A stretch of 60,083 nt of DNA, the filler included, from Hausera hauseri (lineage: Eukaryota): assembly GCA_046269625.1 (NCBI GenBank). It is 10 parts of 10 records of this genome, joined end to end, with 100 filler letters (N's around TTAATTAATTAA, not from the genome) between each part and the next. Parts side by side here need not be neighbours in the genome. Positions count along the whole stretch, not along the records: positions 19,312 to 30,138 come from JBJURY010149977.1; positions 30,239 to 34,843 come from JBJURY010508240.1; positions 34,944 to 39,340 come from JBJURY010601888.1; positions 39,441 to 45,721 come from JBJURY010117431.1; 6 more parts are not named here. One strand, given 5' to 3'. Made by a program: the position numbers and the translations under genes. The notes under the pieces were generated by a model. That model worked only from the letters and a program-made list of their open reading frames with translations, ran no database searches and had not been told where the DNA came from. The first letter of the stretch is position 1. Each line of letters starts with the position of its first letter. Of this stretch, positions 26,901 through 39,654 are shown in pieces.

Positions 26901-27851
26901 GTTGTCGCAGCAGTACGGCAAACTCAACCACAACAAGCGCAGATCAATCCGTCAAAAATAGTAGAAAGTCCACTTCAACCAGAACTCAAACTTCCCGACG
27001 AAGAACTTCCCATCGTTTCCCAGCCGAACGAAGATTCTATTCCACCGCAAGTGCCTCTCAGTCCAGCATCGATATCCATTCCACCCACCCATCCACCGGT
27101 GATGCAGCAACATACAATCGTACTGAACCAGCCGCAGCCAATCATTATCAACAGCGGCAGCCTCATGCAGTCACCCGTTGCTCGACCTGCACCAACAATT
27201 ATCCGCATTCCATCAATGTCATCCAGTGCCGCTGTATTGCCGAATCAGGTGCGTCCGCGTATTGTCAAAATAATGAAAATCCAATCGATGGCATCTGTCG
27301 TTCAGAAGGATCAACAGTCGCTATCGACCATGAGGATGTCGCCGTCAATACCAATCGTAAAGATTATCAATAACAATCGTCCAGTGGCCGATACGAATGT
27401 ATTGCGGTCGGTACTGACAACAACGGACCCCGGTAGACCAGTTCCATTGCAGTCATTTATCGTGGCCAATAGGTAAATTTCTCTGCTCGTTCTCTTCTGT
27501 ATTGATTTTTGGTGTCATTTTAGCAGATCGTTACCAACTAATACTTTCGGATATCAATTTGACGGAGAGGCCGATGAGTGTGCCAGTGAATGCAAAAAGG
27601 GACCATCATCTGTGGGTAGTGACCAGGACAACGGTACGGTGATCACTAATGGTAAGAGCACGAAGAAAGCCGATCGTCCAGGTGTCAAATTCACCATCAG
27701 AGGTTTCTTCAGCAATCGATCGCATCGGTCAAATTGGAAGTATCTCATTCGTAAAGTTCGCCAACTGCGAGGAACGGTCAAATTTAACTATCCGCTGTGC
27801 AGTGGTGACGGATGGGGTAAATCCGGATTAGATCATCGACACCTTATTTAG
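20906..27851 (+). CDS. trx: Trithorax/KMT2A-B-like chromatin protein, 7 exons, ~2,207 aa, ending at a premature TAG in FYRC (C4 fingers, CXXC, PHD1-3, ePHD, FYRN, Taspase site)
   Basis: In-phase GT-AG introns at 21032-21086, 21430-21493, 22665-22715, 25303-25354, 25716 (or 25698)-25764 and 27473-27523 join all ORFs without a stop. CXXC CGCRGC..CGRCEAC..C..C; three PHD fingers ~24280-24860; ePHD CALC..GRLIY..WIHVNCALWSDEVYE; FYRN IGNLRIDQLG..LCPLEFRARRLFWS; QFDGEAD. Confidence 0.88.
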
Positions 27852-28600
27852 TTGATTGAGCAACTCCCTGGTGCCTTCCTATGCCGTCAGTACGATTTCA
27901 AATTCCACAAGGGACTCGCCACCAAACGTAGAGAAAGACATGCCATGCAAACACTTACGCCCGTTGAATTGGCTCGATTTACCCCATGGACGCTGACAGT
28001 TGAAGCCCATATCGCCCGTGACCCTCTCGATTTCCTTAACTGCAAGGCAAACCGTGTCCCACGTTGCCATGCCCCTATTGATGCCGGCATTGCCATTGAA
28101 ATTATGCCAGAACCAGACAGCGGATACATGCAGCGTTTGGCTGTTCAGGTACGCGCATTGACTAACGGCGCAGCAGCACGGGCACATGCGGTTGCTGTTT
28201 GTGTGTCGAGTATTCACGGACGAGGACTGTTTGCACGACGGCCATTCGCAGCTTACGAGGTTATTATCGAATACGTTGGTGAGATTATTCGATCGATGTT
28301 GTCGGACATGCGTGAGGCATGATACCAGCGGACTGGTGTGGATTGTTACGTTTCGATTGGACCAGGATTTGATAGTCGATGCGACGTATCGTGGAAATGC
28401 AGCTCGATTTATTAATCATTCATGCCAGCCGAATTGTTATGCCAAAGTTGTGAAGTCTGAGGGCGAGAAACATAAAAATCATCGCCCAACGAGCAATATT
28501 CATATTGGAAGAATTGACGAATGACTATTGGTTTCCCATAGAGGATGACAAATTACCGTTCACATATGGCAGTTTCAAATGTCGAAAATACCTCAATTGA
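27852..28600 (+). pseudogene. trx: Decayed FYRC end, Win motif, SET and post-SET region of the trithorax gene
   Basis: LIEQLPGAFLC..YDF.FH, ARF, SSIHGRGLF..IIEYVGEIIR, DATYRGNAARFINHSCQPNCY, EELTNDYWFPIED..LPFTYGSFKCRKYLN*. Lesions: TAG 27849-51, TGA 28320-22, frameshifts ~28349 and ~28473. Confidence 0.9.
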
Positions 28601-29894
28601 TTAATGAAATGAATATCATTCCAATTAATGATCGAATATCCAATTATAAATATCGTAGTGAAAAAATAGAATAATAACAATGATGATGTTGCATACTGCA
28701 AGGGTGATGGATGTTTGCTTCTGTTTCCTGCTCTTGTACAGATATTGACACACTCGTACATAAGTAAATTTTATACGTGTATATATCATGAATAGATTTA
28801 TGAATTCTTATTATTTTCTTTGTCGTTGGATTTATATTTACAACTAAGAATTTTGTCATGTGCAAAAGACTTTTTGTTTTAATAATCGTGATATTTTGCT
28901 GGTTATGTTCTATATAGAATATTGTAAAGTGTCATCTATTGGGTGGATATGGAACCCTTCATAGACGTCTATTTAATTTACAATATTTCAGTAATTCGGT
29001 GGTAGTTCAACAGTCTATTGGAAAAGTAATTGTGTTATTTGTTTCTTTTAACCAATAATCCAAAATTAAATTTATATAAATTTGTAACTAATGTTTGTAC
29101 AGGAAATGACAAACAGTTCATAATGAAATTTTGAATATTTGGTTGACCAACATTTAATAATATATTTATATAGTTTTATAAGCATGTTGACTATTTTAGG
29201 ACAATTCGGTTGAAATCAAAAGTGTCATAGATATAGGTAGTTCAAAATGTCTATGGAGTATGGTACATCACTATTTATTTCGTTCAAATCGAACCTAAAG
29301 GTAAAAATATACAAGAGCCCATAACAGTTTATTGAAACATTTTTCAACAAATGTACCATTAGACAAATAACATTTTGGCATTCGATAGCGCCTGTTTTGT
29401 AGTCTAATTCGATAAAACATACTGCCTCTTGAATTTAACCAATCTATGGTAGCATTTTTTAGACTTTCTGCCGTCTTCAATCTGTAAGAATTGTAGATCT
29501 CCCTTCTATCATTTGACAAATATCAACCAGCTTCACAGCCATCAACCGCACATTAGAAATTGGTGATATTATCGTCATATCTTCCATGGGAATTTCTCGA
29601 TTTTTGAGTTCTTCGATCGACGAGAGCTTCTAAATTCATTTTTGTGGGTTCTGTGGCGGTTCGGTAACAAGATTACTTGCGTCCACATCATCGATCCTAT
29701 ATTAGCATGAAACGATAATCATAAAATTTCTGAATGTCAGATTAATTAGCAATAGTTATATTACCAGGGTTATAAGCCACTTTTTCTATAGTATTACAAC
29801 CATGGTACGAGTACAGATTTTCAAATTAAAAAAATTTTCATTCGCTCATCTTACCGAATATAACTATTCCCAAAACATCAATAAAATAGTATTA

Positions 29895-29990
29895 ATAATG
29901 AAATGATGATGATGATAATAATAATAAGAAGAAGAAAAAGAAGAAGAAGAAAAAGAAGAAGAAAAAAATAGTAATAAGAAAAAAATAATA
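29895..29990 (+). repeat. Compound (TGA)n(AAT)n(AAG)n microsatellite
   Basis: gatgatgatgataataataataagaagaagaaaaagaagaagaag visible directly. Confidence 0.85.
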
Positions 29991-30280
29991 GTAGTGAGAA
30001 AATGTGCTTTTGGTCCCACCCCCGGGGGGTAATCAATACATCGATTTGGCACATGTGCCGATTGATAGTGCACACTGTGCATTTTCGATCCATAAAGTGC
30101 CCAGCAACGGTGACGCTAGGCACCGTTGCTAAGGGCACNNNNNNNNNNNNNNNNNNNNNNNNNNNNNNNNNNNNNNNNNNNNTTAATTAATTAANNNNNN
30201 NNNNNNNNNNNNNNNNNNNNNNNNNNNNNNNNNNNNNNGGAGGTGATTTGTTTGTTTGTTGTTTGATTTGACTGTTGTAG

Positions 30281-30781
30281 ACTGATGGACGAGTTAGGAT
30301 GGACAAATTTGTGGCTGCAATGACTGGACAGAATGATTTTACATGGCGGATTGAAGGAATTGATGACAAATATAAAAATGACAAATATGAATACAGCCCA
30401 TCATTTCATTCAAATGGAAATGATGGATACAAAATGTGTCTTTACTATTGGATGAGTTCATCATACAAATTGTGTCTGACATTCAGACTAATGAAAAGTC
30501 CAAATGACAACCAATTGCAATGGCCAATGCAGGATACAATTCTGATTGAAATTGTTGACGAACAAACTGCATTGCCTGTTTTGTCAGAGAAATTTTGTTT
30601 GGCTGCTGCAGCAAATAGAAATGGACATGACAGAAGAGAAGCATACAACAAACCAATCAATGATAGAAATTATGGAGATGGATTTATTGAATTCATGACG
30701 TATGAAGAATTAAAATCAATAAAAGGTGCCATCCATAACGACACAATGACAGTCAGATGCCGCGTATTGCCGTCTAAATGA
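30281..30781 (+). CDS. Terminal exon of a TRAF-type MATH-domain protein
   Basis: FTWRIEG..YEYSPSFHS..GYKMCL..LCLTFRLMKSPNDNQLQWP..GFIEFMTYEEL..HNDTMTVRCRV is a TRAF MATH signature. A 38-nt GT-AG intron (30243-30280) precedes it in frame. Confidence 0.85.
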   Translation, partial: TDGRVRMDKFVAAMTGQNDFTWRIEGIDDKYKNDKYEYSPSFHSNGNDGYKMCLYYWMSSSYKLCLTFRLMKSPNDNQLQWPMQDTILIEIVDEQTALPVLSEKFCLAAAANRNGHDRREAYNKPINDRNYGDGFIEFMTYEELKSIKGAIHNDTMTVRCRVLPSK

Positions 30782-32134
30782 CGTCACATTTATTTGACAA
30801 ATGACAACAGAATTCATCAATTTATTTATTGTACGCTGTAAATACAAAATTGCTTCCTCTTCCATTGTCATTTATTTTGTAATTGCCGACGAATTAGCGA
30901 TGTTTTTATGTTTTACCTCTCATCATGCCAGAAAGTCTCATCAAGACGACAACAACTCATACACGCACAGCGACCAAAAACCGACGAATCCGCTATCATA
31001 AAAACGAAAACATCGCTATCAATACGGCAACAAAAATTTTGATCAATTGTCCTTCTTGCTGTTGTGCTAAAATAAAAATATTCGTCGACTATTGCAAATC
31101 GGTATTGATATCATAGAAAGGCAAATCTAAAGGTCGAAGAAAAGAAATTAAATTTAAAAATGGGAATATCCATTAAAGAGATTATGATATGAATAATTAT
31201 CATTAATTATCATTGTAGATCCGACATGTCAAACTTTTGCCGTAAACAATACAGACTGAACGGTGCGGGACTTTTATTCGACTTTCAATTCATGTTTACT
31301 ACTTGTGTCTGGCAAATTGCAAATAACTGTTGTGAAGGCGATCCGTTTTTGTTAAAATAAACCAATTGAAATAGTTAGTAGATCGCGTATCTACCATTCC
31401 GACCTCAACGTCATTTGATGATTGTAAAACTGAATTATCCATAAGAAATTTATTATAAAAGTTGATATAACAATTATCTCCTTCACTCATTAAATGAGTC
31501 TTGTTTTCAACCTGTTTTTGAATTTCCTGACTTTATATTGGCTGTTTATTGATTTAACTTTGAATTGAATTTAAACATTGATAGTCGTTTAAATTCCACC
31601 TCACACATTTAATCAACAGAAACTTTTTAATATATACTAAAAATTGATTAACAAATACTTTTTGAATGAACAGTTTTTACTAATAAATTTCTTGGGTTAA
31701 ATTTTATGAAATTTCAAAATATCTCTGCATGTTAGTGAGAAAATTAAAGAAGTGCAAAATGCCGTAACATTTAGAACCCCATATTGCATAATCTTATCTT
31801 TAGTTGCAACTTTTTTTCAGCATAAAATTTATGCATATTTTTTTATCAGATTTAAAAATATATATATTTTACGATAATTACTAATCAATGTAATTACGTG
31901 CATAACATTTTCAGAAATTCGTCAGTAATGGTAGATCGTTTTAAAAACCGTTTTCGACAATTTCACATCAAAATATTTCATACAAAATATCAACCCAGAA
32001 AATGCAGACATTTCGTGAATATTGATAAGACTTTGTTCGTCTAACAAAATATTTTTGTAGCGTCAGAAATTTTCTTTGAATTCAATGCATTTTGCAAAAT
32101 TAAATATTTGTACACCGTTGAAAAAGTAACTTAA

Positions 32135-32345
32135 CCTGTTCTTGGACACTGGGAATATACTTCCCACTCGCTTTCTTGAGCTCCTGGGCTACGGGAATTA
32201 TACTTCCCACAAATAATTAAGTATGTATCGATGGAATAATTCTACAAATCTATTGGCGTGGTTTATGATTTGTTACTAGCGCGTAACTAAGAGTCAAACT
32301 AAGCAGTTTCATTAATTTGGCATAGAAAATGTGTCCATGAAAGGG
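32135..32345. mobile_element. piggyBac-type MITE (211 bp) with TTAA target-site duplication
   Basis: TTAA-cctgttcttggacac ... gtgtccatgaaaggg-TTAA. Two internal GGGAA(T)TATACTTCCCA quasi-palindromes. Confidence 0.8.
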
Positions 32346-33041
32346 TTAACTAACAGAAAAAAGGACTTAACATGCATGTTAGAAGTTTTTCTTGTAAATA
32401 ATATCAGGAAACTTTCTTTAAGTGAATTTTCTAACATTATGCAATTTTAAACGTTATCAATATCCCTCCGACATAAAGAGGAATTTTGAGAGTTTCACAA
32501 TTTTTGTGCTGTTTCTTCCTGTTTACCTTTGTTCATCTAACATTAATAAAGAATTCACATGAAAAACAACAATTTATACACAAATGAAGAAGCATTAGCT
32601 ACGCGATTGATAACAGTACAAATGTGTTGTACTTTGACATGACATGTACGACACAGCAGTAAATTATTGATTCATGATTGAAATTTCAATTTTTTTCATC
32701 ATGTTAGGGGAAAATAAAGACGTACAAAATGGAGTAACATTTAAAATTTGTCATTGACAAATATTTTATCTCTACTTATTAAGCAATATAATATATTGAA
32801 CTTGAATATAACAAAGTATCGAAATTTCAGTGTAATAGAAAGATTAGATGTCCAGTAACGCTGGATAAATTTGTAACTTTATTTTCCTAAAAATTATGTG
32901 AATTATCAATACTTGATTCTCGCATTTCAAGTCTAATAAATGAATAAATTCAATTGGATAATTTAATTAAATTAAATGAATAATTAAGTTACCATTTAAA
33001 TAGTCTTAACAAAAAGTTAAAATTAAATGTATATATATATA

Positions 33042-33245
33042 CAGGGTGTCCGGATAAAAGTGTCGGTTCAAAAAACACTCATGAAGTCCACAGTAATTGA
33101 AATTTATTAATAAAATTTTACATACGCGATTTTCAAATAATACTAACGAAAAAATAGCTCAGTTCGAATGGTTCACCTTTTTCCTTAACAACTTTCTTTA
33201 ATCTTTTAGGAAACGAGTCACAACTGGCACACACAAGAACGTCAA
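33042..33245 (-). mobile_element. Tc1/mariner-superfamily remnant (TIR + transposase C-terminus)
   Basis: TA-CAGGGTGTCC terminus. The - strand reads ASCDSFPKRLKKVVKEKGEPFE, typical of the last helix of these transposases. Confidence 0.65.
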
Positions 33246-34229
33246 GATATTGGCCTGCCTCTTCTCCTGATATAAAAATCCCTTGGACTATTCTATATGG
33301 GCATACACGATGAGTAAACTTGACAATATCAGGTGTATGAATTTGGAGCAGTTCAAGCGTCATTTGGTAAAAACGTTAGCAAGAATATCGGCATCTAACA
33401 AATCAACATTGTCTTAATTTATTTTGTTTATTTCTATATTCGTATACTTACGCTGGTAACAAAGTTTTCAAATTTGATAATTTAAATAAGAACAGTCGCT
33501 TGCTAATTTAATGAAAGTGGTTCTAAAATATTACCCGTTTTTAAGTATTAAAATAGTGGATATCGGTGAACCCGTGTACTTTTCAATACCATTTTTAAAC
33601 TATTCTTTATGACAGGTTGCGTCATGTACTTAAATTGGGAATTGAATTCAACTTACTGAATCACTGAAATCAACAAATTTAATTTTTAATCATGTAATTT
33701 AAAGCCCATTATATGTTTCGTGCTTCAGCGAAATTTATAAATTTCATAATTTTAAAATTTGGCCGTGCTCAAAATTAAAAAAAAAATACATATTTGGTAT
33801 AAATAATAGTGTTAGTGGAACCAAACACAATTTTTGAGATACGATTTCAGGACAAAATTCTTTGGACGTCTATGAAACCTAATTCTTTCGGTAAGTATTA
33901 TTAGACCACTTTTGTTCATTATTTTATTGTTTGAGTTTTTATTTGTTGTAATATATACTATATACTAAGTAATGGAGCAGAAAAAATAAATAATAAGCAA
34001 AATTATTATTTATTTTTAATTTGTTTAAATATTGCATAAAAAATAAATACATTTTAAAAGCTCTTTGGACTTCAATTTGAATTATGTGCGAAAAGAAAGC
34101 AAATGAACTTGGGGATTTCGATCCTCCGACTTTGCCGAACAAAGTCTTTACTTATTTAAATTTTTATTTCTCTTGAAACTATATAACGGCAATAAGAATG
34201 ACAACAAAATCAATAAAAAGTGATCAATT

Positions 34230-34843
34230 CATTTGACAGAGAAATTCCGGAATTGCACCATAGCTTCAGACCAACTTATTGTACCATTAGCTAAACCAAC
34301 GGCCAATGGAGCAAGCGAGACACGAATTTGAGTCATCGAGTCCCGTTCACGAACAGTTATTCTAATTGCACCTTGTTTCTGAGAATAAAAATCAAAAGTA
34401 TTTCCAAAGGAACGCCGATTTCGTCCATTTGAGCATAACTTTTACCACCACTTGCGCCGCTGGTATCGGTGCTGATGTTTTGTTCGAATAGAAGGGACCT
34501 AATTTGCTTGACAATTGGAATAAATTCCGTCTTTTTAGACAAGTGTAAAATTGCAAATTTGATAGGGGCAATCTGCGGCGGCAATGTAAAATACTAAAGT
34601 CACAAAATTAAATAAACAAAGAAAGACAAATTTACTTAGCGATTCTCATCGTGTTCGTAAACTGCAATGTTTCGTTCCAAAACACAATCGACCAATTACA
34701 AAAGAAGGTTCAGTAAAGTTTGGCACAAATTCTTCAACTTAAATAAACATAAAATAAATTAGAGATTCAAACTATAACCAACCATCAACATTAACTGTCT
34801 TACTGATAAGTTAAAACACTGACGAATCGAACTGAAATTCTAT
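34230..34843 (-). pseudogene. GARS: Glycyl-tRNA synthetase C-terminal (anticodon-binding) fragment, intron-containing pseudogene
   Basis: VEEFVPNFTEPSF, YFTLPPQIAPIK, SYAQMDEIGVP, TVRERDSMTQIRV, LANGTISW. ~42-nt introns; TAA just before the donor at 34635; frameshifts. Confidence 0.85.
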
Positions 34844-34943
34844 NNNNNNNNNNNNNNNNNNNNNNNNNNNNNNNNNNNNNNNNNNNNTTAATTAATTAAN
34901 NNNNNNNNNNNNNNNNNNNNNNNNNNNNNNNNNNNNNNNNNNN

Positions 34944-37460
34944 TTTTACTCGATTAATTGTTCGGTGGAGTTAAATTGTTCGGATAGTCGCTACCATAAA
35001 AACACCCCGCAACGGAGCAAAATAAATCCGGCAAACGGAGCCATCGGTGCAAAACCGATTCATTCGGGTATGTCCGGCCTAAATGGGACAGGGGGCCCGA
35101 CGCACGGTGGGCACCACATCACTTCCGCGTGGTAATAAAGTAAACTTTAAAGTATAATGAAAATGAAAGAAAAAACCACAAAAAAGAAATGTGTTTTCGT
35201 TAGTCTTAATGTGAACAATACGTTGAGTGCCTTCTACTGATTTTTTCCTGCAATAAGTACTGAATATCACTCTGCGTGTTTTGTTCGTGTGCGTTGAGTT
35301 CGATTGCAGAGTTATATTTTGAGAGGGAAATTGTTGGATTTACCGGTTGTAGGTGTAGAAAAGTAGTGAAGGTTATGCGAGAGGATTAGTTGAAGACGAA
35401 ACGGAAGAGAAAGGTGAGAAATGCGAAGTAGAAGGTCAGAAGTGAAAGGTAAAACTTAAAAGTAAGAACTAAGGAATGGAAGGTGATGAATGAGAAGTAG
35501 CAGGTGAGAAATGAGTAGTAAAAGTGGAAGATGGATCACGTGGTGATGTGTGGTTCGTTGAATAGGAAGGAGACGAAACAGTAGCAAAAAAGTCAAGAAA
35601 TGTGCCAGTGTAGTAGGGTTGCTTTGTGTTTTATAAGGTGAATCATAGACTAAAAGAACTGGTTTTAAGTTTGTAATTTGTACAGTTTGTTCTTTACTGT
35701 TTTTGAAAATTATGGCTGTGGTAGACGAAAAACAAAAAGTTTGTATGGTCCAACTTACTGTGGCTAAAAACCACAGGGTGAAGGATTGCTAATCCAGACA
35801 AACTTAGCAGTATATAGACAATTCGGTATGTTTTGTTGTTCAGAATTTTACAAAATGCATCTTTGTTTATTGCCACGAAGTGATCCTGCTCAGCTCCCAT
35901 TAACTCATCCATTGGTATGTCATACAAATATGTCAGGTCATAAAGTGCTCGGTGTTCCAACCAATGCTTCAGCTGGTTTACAACCCGTAGTGGTAGAGGG
36001 TGTATTTCGCCACCCTAGAAAGATGAGAGGAAGGGGAGCTATCCAGTTGCTGTGTGATTCAACAAGGATTTTAAGTGAGGTCTTAATTGTGCGGTGAAAT
36101 CTTTCCGGTAAACCGTTCGATTGTGGATGGTATTGAAAAGTGTGTATATGTTTGATCCCCAAGCGACTGACTAAGGATTTAAACAGATTTGACTCGAATT
36201 GTGGACCTTGATCAGGAGAGCCAAATCTACTGATCTATGTTTTTATGAAGACCTCGTCGATAATGTCAGTGTTAGTGGATTGTAATGGAGTGGCCTCTGG
36301 TCAGCGAGAAGAGCGGTACATCATGTGAGTATGAATTGATGGCTGTTGTCTGGAGAAAGAGGGCCGAGGGGATCAATATGGACGGACTCGAAACGCGATG
36401 TGCATGAAAAGTGATATGATTATGGCTTTAAATGCTTTGTGATCTTATATTTTTGGCAAGCCATGCACTCGTTAACCCATGCATACACATCGGAGGAGGC
36501 GAAAAGTAGCCTTAGCACCAGGATGGTGGAGTGAATGTAGTGATGAAGTGAGAATTATTTTAGCATGTCCTGGTTTTAAAGTATCTAAGGTCACGCAGTC
36601 AACAATGTTGTAAGATTTAAAAGTATTAAGAATGTCTGGAGGTGACTGATTTTCCTGGAGTGTTGTTTGTGTGAAAAGTGGTAAAAAATTTTTCGAACTG
36701 ATTGACCGGAACAAAAAATCAGCTACCATATTATCAACCTTATTTATATGTCAAATATCGAAATTAAATGTCCATTAATACTATATTTGCCGTTCTTGTC
36801 ATGTAAATGGATGTTCCATGGACATGATGTTGATTAGAAGTTTATGATCAATTTGAATAACAAAGCTATACACTGTAAGGAGGTGAAGAAAATGCTTCAA
36901 AGCTAGAACTATTCCCAGTAGTTTGCGATCAAAGGTCAAATATCTGGTTTCAAGCGGACTCAGTTTTCGACAGAAAAATTCGTGGGGTTTGGTTTCGCCT
37001 TTATACGTTTGGTGTAATATAGCACCTACGGCAATGGTTGAAACGTCGATGGTTAGGATTATTTCTGCTCCAGGTCTAGGGAATGCTAGTATATCTACAG
37101 TTTTAAGCCATATCGCAATTTTTCAAAGTGATTGACTAATTCTGGTGTCCACTGGATTGGTTGATGTTTCTTGCTGCCACTTAAATTTTCGAAAGGTGAA
37201 TTAAGTTCTGAGCAGTAGGGGAAACATTTGTGTAAAAAGTGTAGGGTACATAGAAAACTTCGCATTTCTTATTTGTTCTGGGTAATTGGATGTTTTTGAG
37301 TGATTCTACTCGATCAGATTGAAGCGAATTACCATTCGGAGAAATGACATGGCCCAGAAAATTGATGAGTTTCTGGAAAAATTGGCATTCTGCGAAATTG
37401 ATCTGTACAGTATGTTGATTAAGATACTGGAAAATGCATCGAAGGTATTCTTCGTGTTTT
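34944..37460 (-). mobile_element. Decayed Ty3/Gypsy LTR retrotransposon (RT end, RNase H, integrase, 3' LTR start at 35118)
   Basis: INFLGHVIS, TIDVS..AVGAILHQ..EFFCRKL..RYLTFDRKL, HHPGAKAT, YHPQSNGLPERFHRTIK, LGWRNTP. The 3' LTR begins TGTGGTGCCCAC on the - strand. Confidence 0.9.
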
Positions 37461-38519
37461 TAGTAGAGGTGTTGTGATGGCAGTTTTTCTTATATCTTCA
37501 GGACTACTGGTATTTGATGGTATGCGGGAATATCGATTTCCTTATTATTCTAGCACGTTCTAGGTCAAAAATTCAACTTTAAGGTTTTAATTAAATGGTA
37601 AAAACATTACACCCTGTGCCACAAAAGGCAAAAATACACTTCAGTTGTGTTTGTACAATTAATTGGTCAATAGATATTTTGACCTTATTTACTCCTTTTG
37701 TGACTTTAGTAAATAGTTATATAAACTGAGAATAGAAATAAAGCAGGTGAGTCCAAAATATCCTGTGATTAGAGCAGTTTGGTGTCACCAACTTCAGATT
37801 CTGGCTGTCAAAGCCGTCCTGTACACAAAAGAGGTTCAAGCTTCCACAGAAGAGCACATTTTACTTCAAATACAGAGCATTCAAGTCCAAAAAAATAAAA
37901 TATCTAAAAAGTAAATGCCGAAGGATGCACCATCACAGTATATTATGACAATTGTCTTCACAATTCTCATCAGCTTTTTTGAAGTCCAACGAAAATTCTC
38001 ATTCCTTTCCGACTACCGTTCATTTCGAGTCGAACTCACCAAACAATCGCAAAGACCGCGAGTTCAAATATCGCAAAGCAGAATTCAAAAATATTTCCAA
38101 CGATACTGCGTTGTCGAAGGTCAAACCCACAAAACATCTGCTTGAGGGTCGTCTCAGTGTCATTGCAAGCAATGCAAAACCAAAAATTCTTGGCAATAAA
38201 ATACCACCAATGTGCTGGCTTTCAAATGACCCCCGATGGTCCCTCCCCAGGCAGAATCGATTTTTCCACAGAGGGGGGTAATGTGGTGCTCATCATAGAC
38301 CACGTAAAAGTAGAAAAAATTTATGTATATGTATATATGTTATTTTTGATCAGCTGTGTATACATTTTTATTTTAAACACTTGTTTCAATATTCAATACA
38401 TGATGTTGTATTTTGAAAATTGCTGAACTATTTTAATTCCAATTATTTCATAACTCTTCAAGGAAATATAAATGACAGATTTTCATAGATACATTATCAA
38501 ATACAAAACGAAATTTAAT

Positions 38520-39180
38520 GGTCGATGGTTGTCGGAGTGATTAAAAATCGGTTTGGTAGTAATTTTGATGAGAATTTACCGAAATCAGGACCGATTGTTG
38601 GAGGTTTGAAAATTCTGCCATTTTTGATATCGTTATCATTACCAAAAAGTACTCTATCGGTTATGGAAATTATGTATGTCTCGATGAAGACTGAATCTAA
38701 TAGAGTTTACGGTATGAAAGGTTCTTAAAAAAAGATGGAAAAGTTTTTCGGGGTTGTTGAAATAGGATCTGGACGATATTACGGTCCTTGAGAAGTTGAA
38801 AACATACAACAAAAGTAACATTGTAGTGGTTAGTACTAATCTCATACGTGACGGGTGTATTATGAAGTGAGACCTTAAATCAGTAACGATTACAGTAACA
38901 TCCATGAGAGTCAAAAATCCTTGTAAAGATGTATATACCATTGACGAATATAATGATATTATAGTATGATTTAAAAACTTGAACAACGAAAACGATCTTG
39001 ACATTGGATTGCTGCATAAAATTGTCCTAGAAAAGCTACCAGAGACATTAATCAGTTAATGGGAAAGACATCGTCGAAATTGTAGAATAGATGAAACTGT
39101 CGGAGAGTTAAAATATTGGTTAGAAGAAGAAGCCGATATTCGTCGTTTTCGGCGGAATCCGCGCGTGGAATCGACGTTTT
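38520..39180 (+). pseudogene. BEL/Pao-type gag relic
   Basis: Broken frames give LLHKIVLEKLPETLIS*WERHR..DETVGELKYWLEEEA, a pattern typical of Pao Gag. Confidence 0.5.
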
Positions 39181-39654
39181 AGAGAAAAAAGAGCAAAGAA
39201 GTAAAAGACCCAATGACTATCAACATACCCAAAGTAATGATTACCGCTAAAATTATGGTTTGGAAGAGAAAATGATAAATTATCATCACAACCATTTTAT
39301 CGAAGTCACGGAGAAGATCCCAATTGCTAAAGGAACGTGTNNNNNNNNNNNNNNNNNNNNNNNNNNNNNNNNNNNNNNNNNNNNTTAATTAATTAANNNN
39401 NNNNNNNNNNNNNNNNNNNNNNNNNNNNNNNNNNNNNNNNTTTTGCACAATAAACTATGTTAATTACAATTAAATAATTAACATATTTACGCGTATCAAA
39501 AATTAACCAGTCGTTAGAAAAGTTATGTCGGTTTTATAACCATAATTTAAAATACGCATAACTTTGCCAAAACAAAACATGTTTACTAGAAACAAAAACC
39601 CTCAGAATATACACATTCTTCCCAACGAGATACATGCTTAGTTATTCAAAATTT

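Noticed and set aside
21600-28217. Antisense and alternate-frame ORFs over the trithorax gene
   Set aside because: Shadow ORFs of a long coding region with no independent motifs.
27849-28322. Stop-codon reassignment or readthrough in trx (also the PDZ and GARS relics)
   Set aside because: The stops differ in type (TAG, TGA, TAA), come with frameshifts and loss of invariant residues, and none occur in the 2,200 upstream codons.
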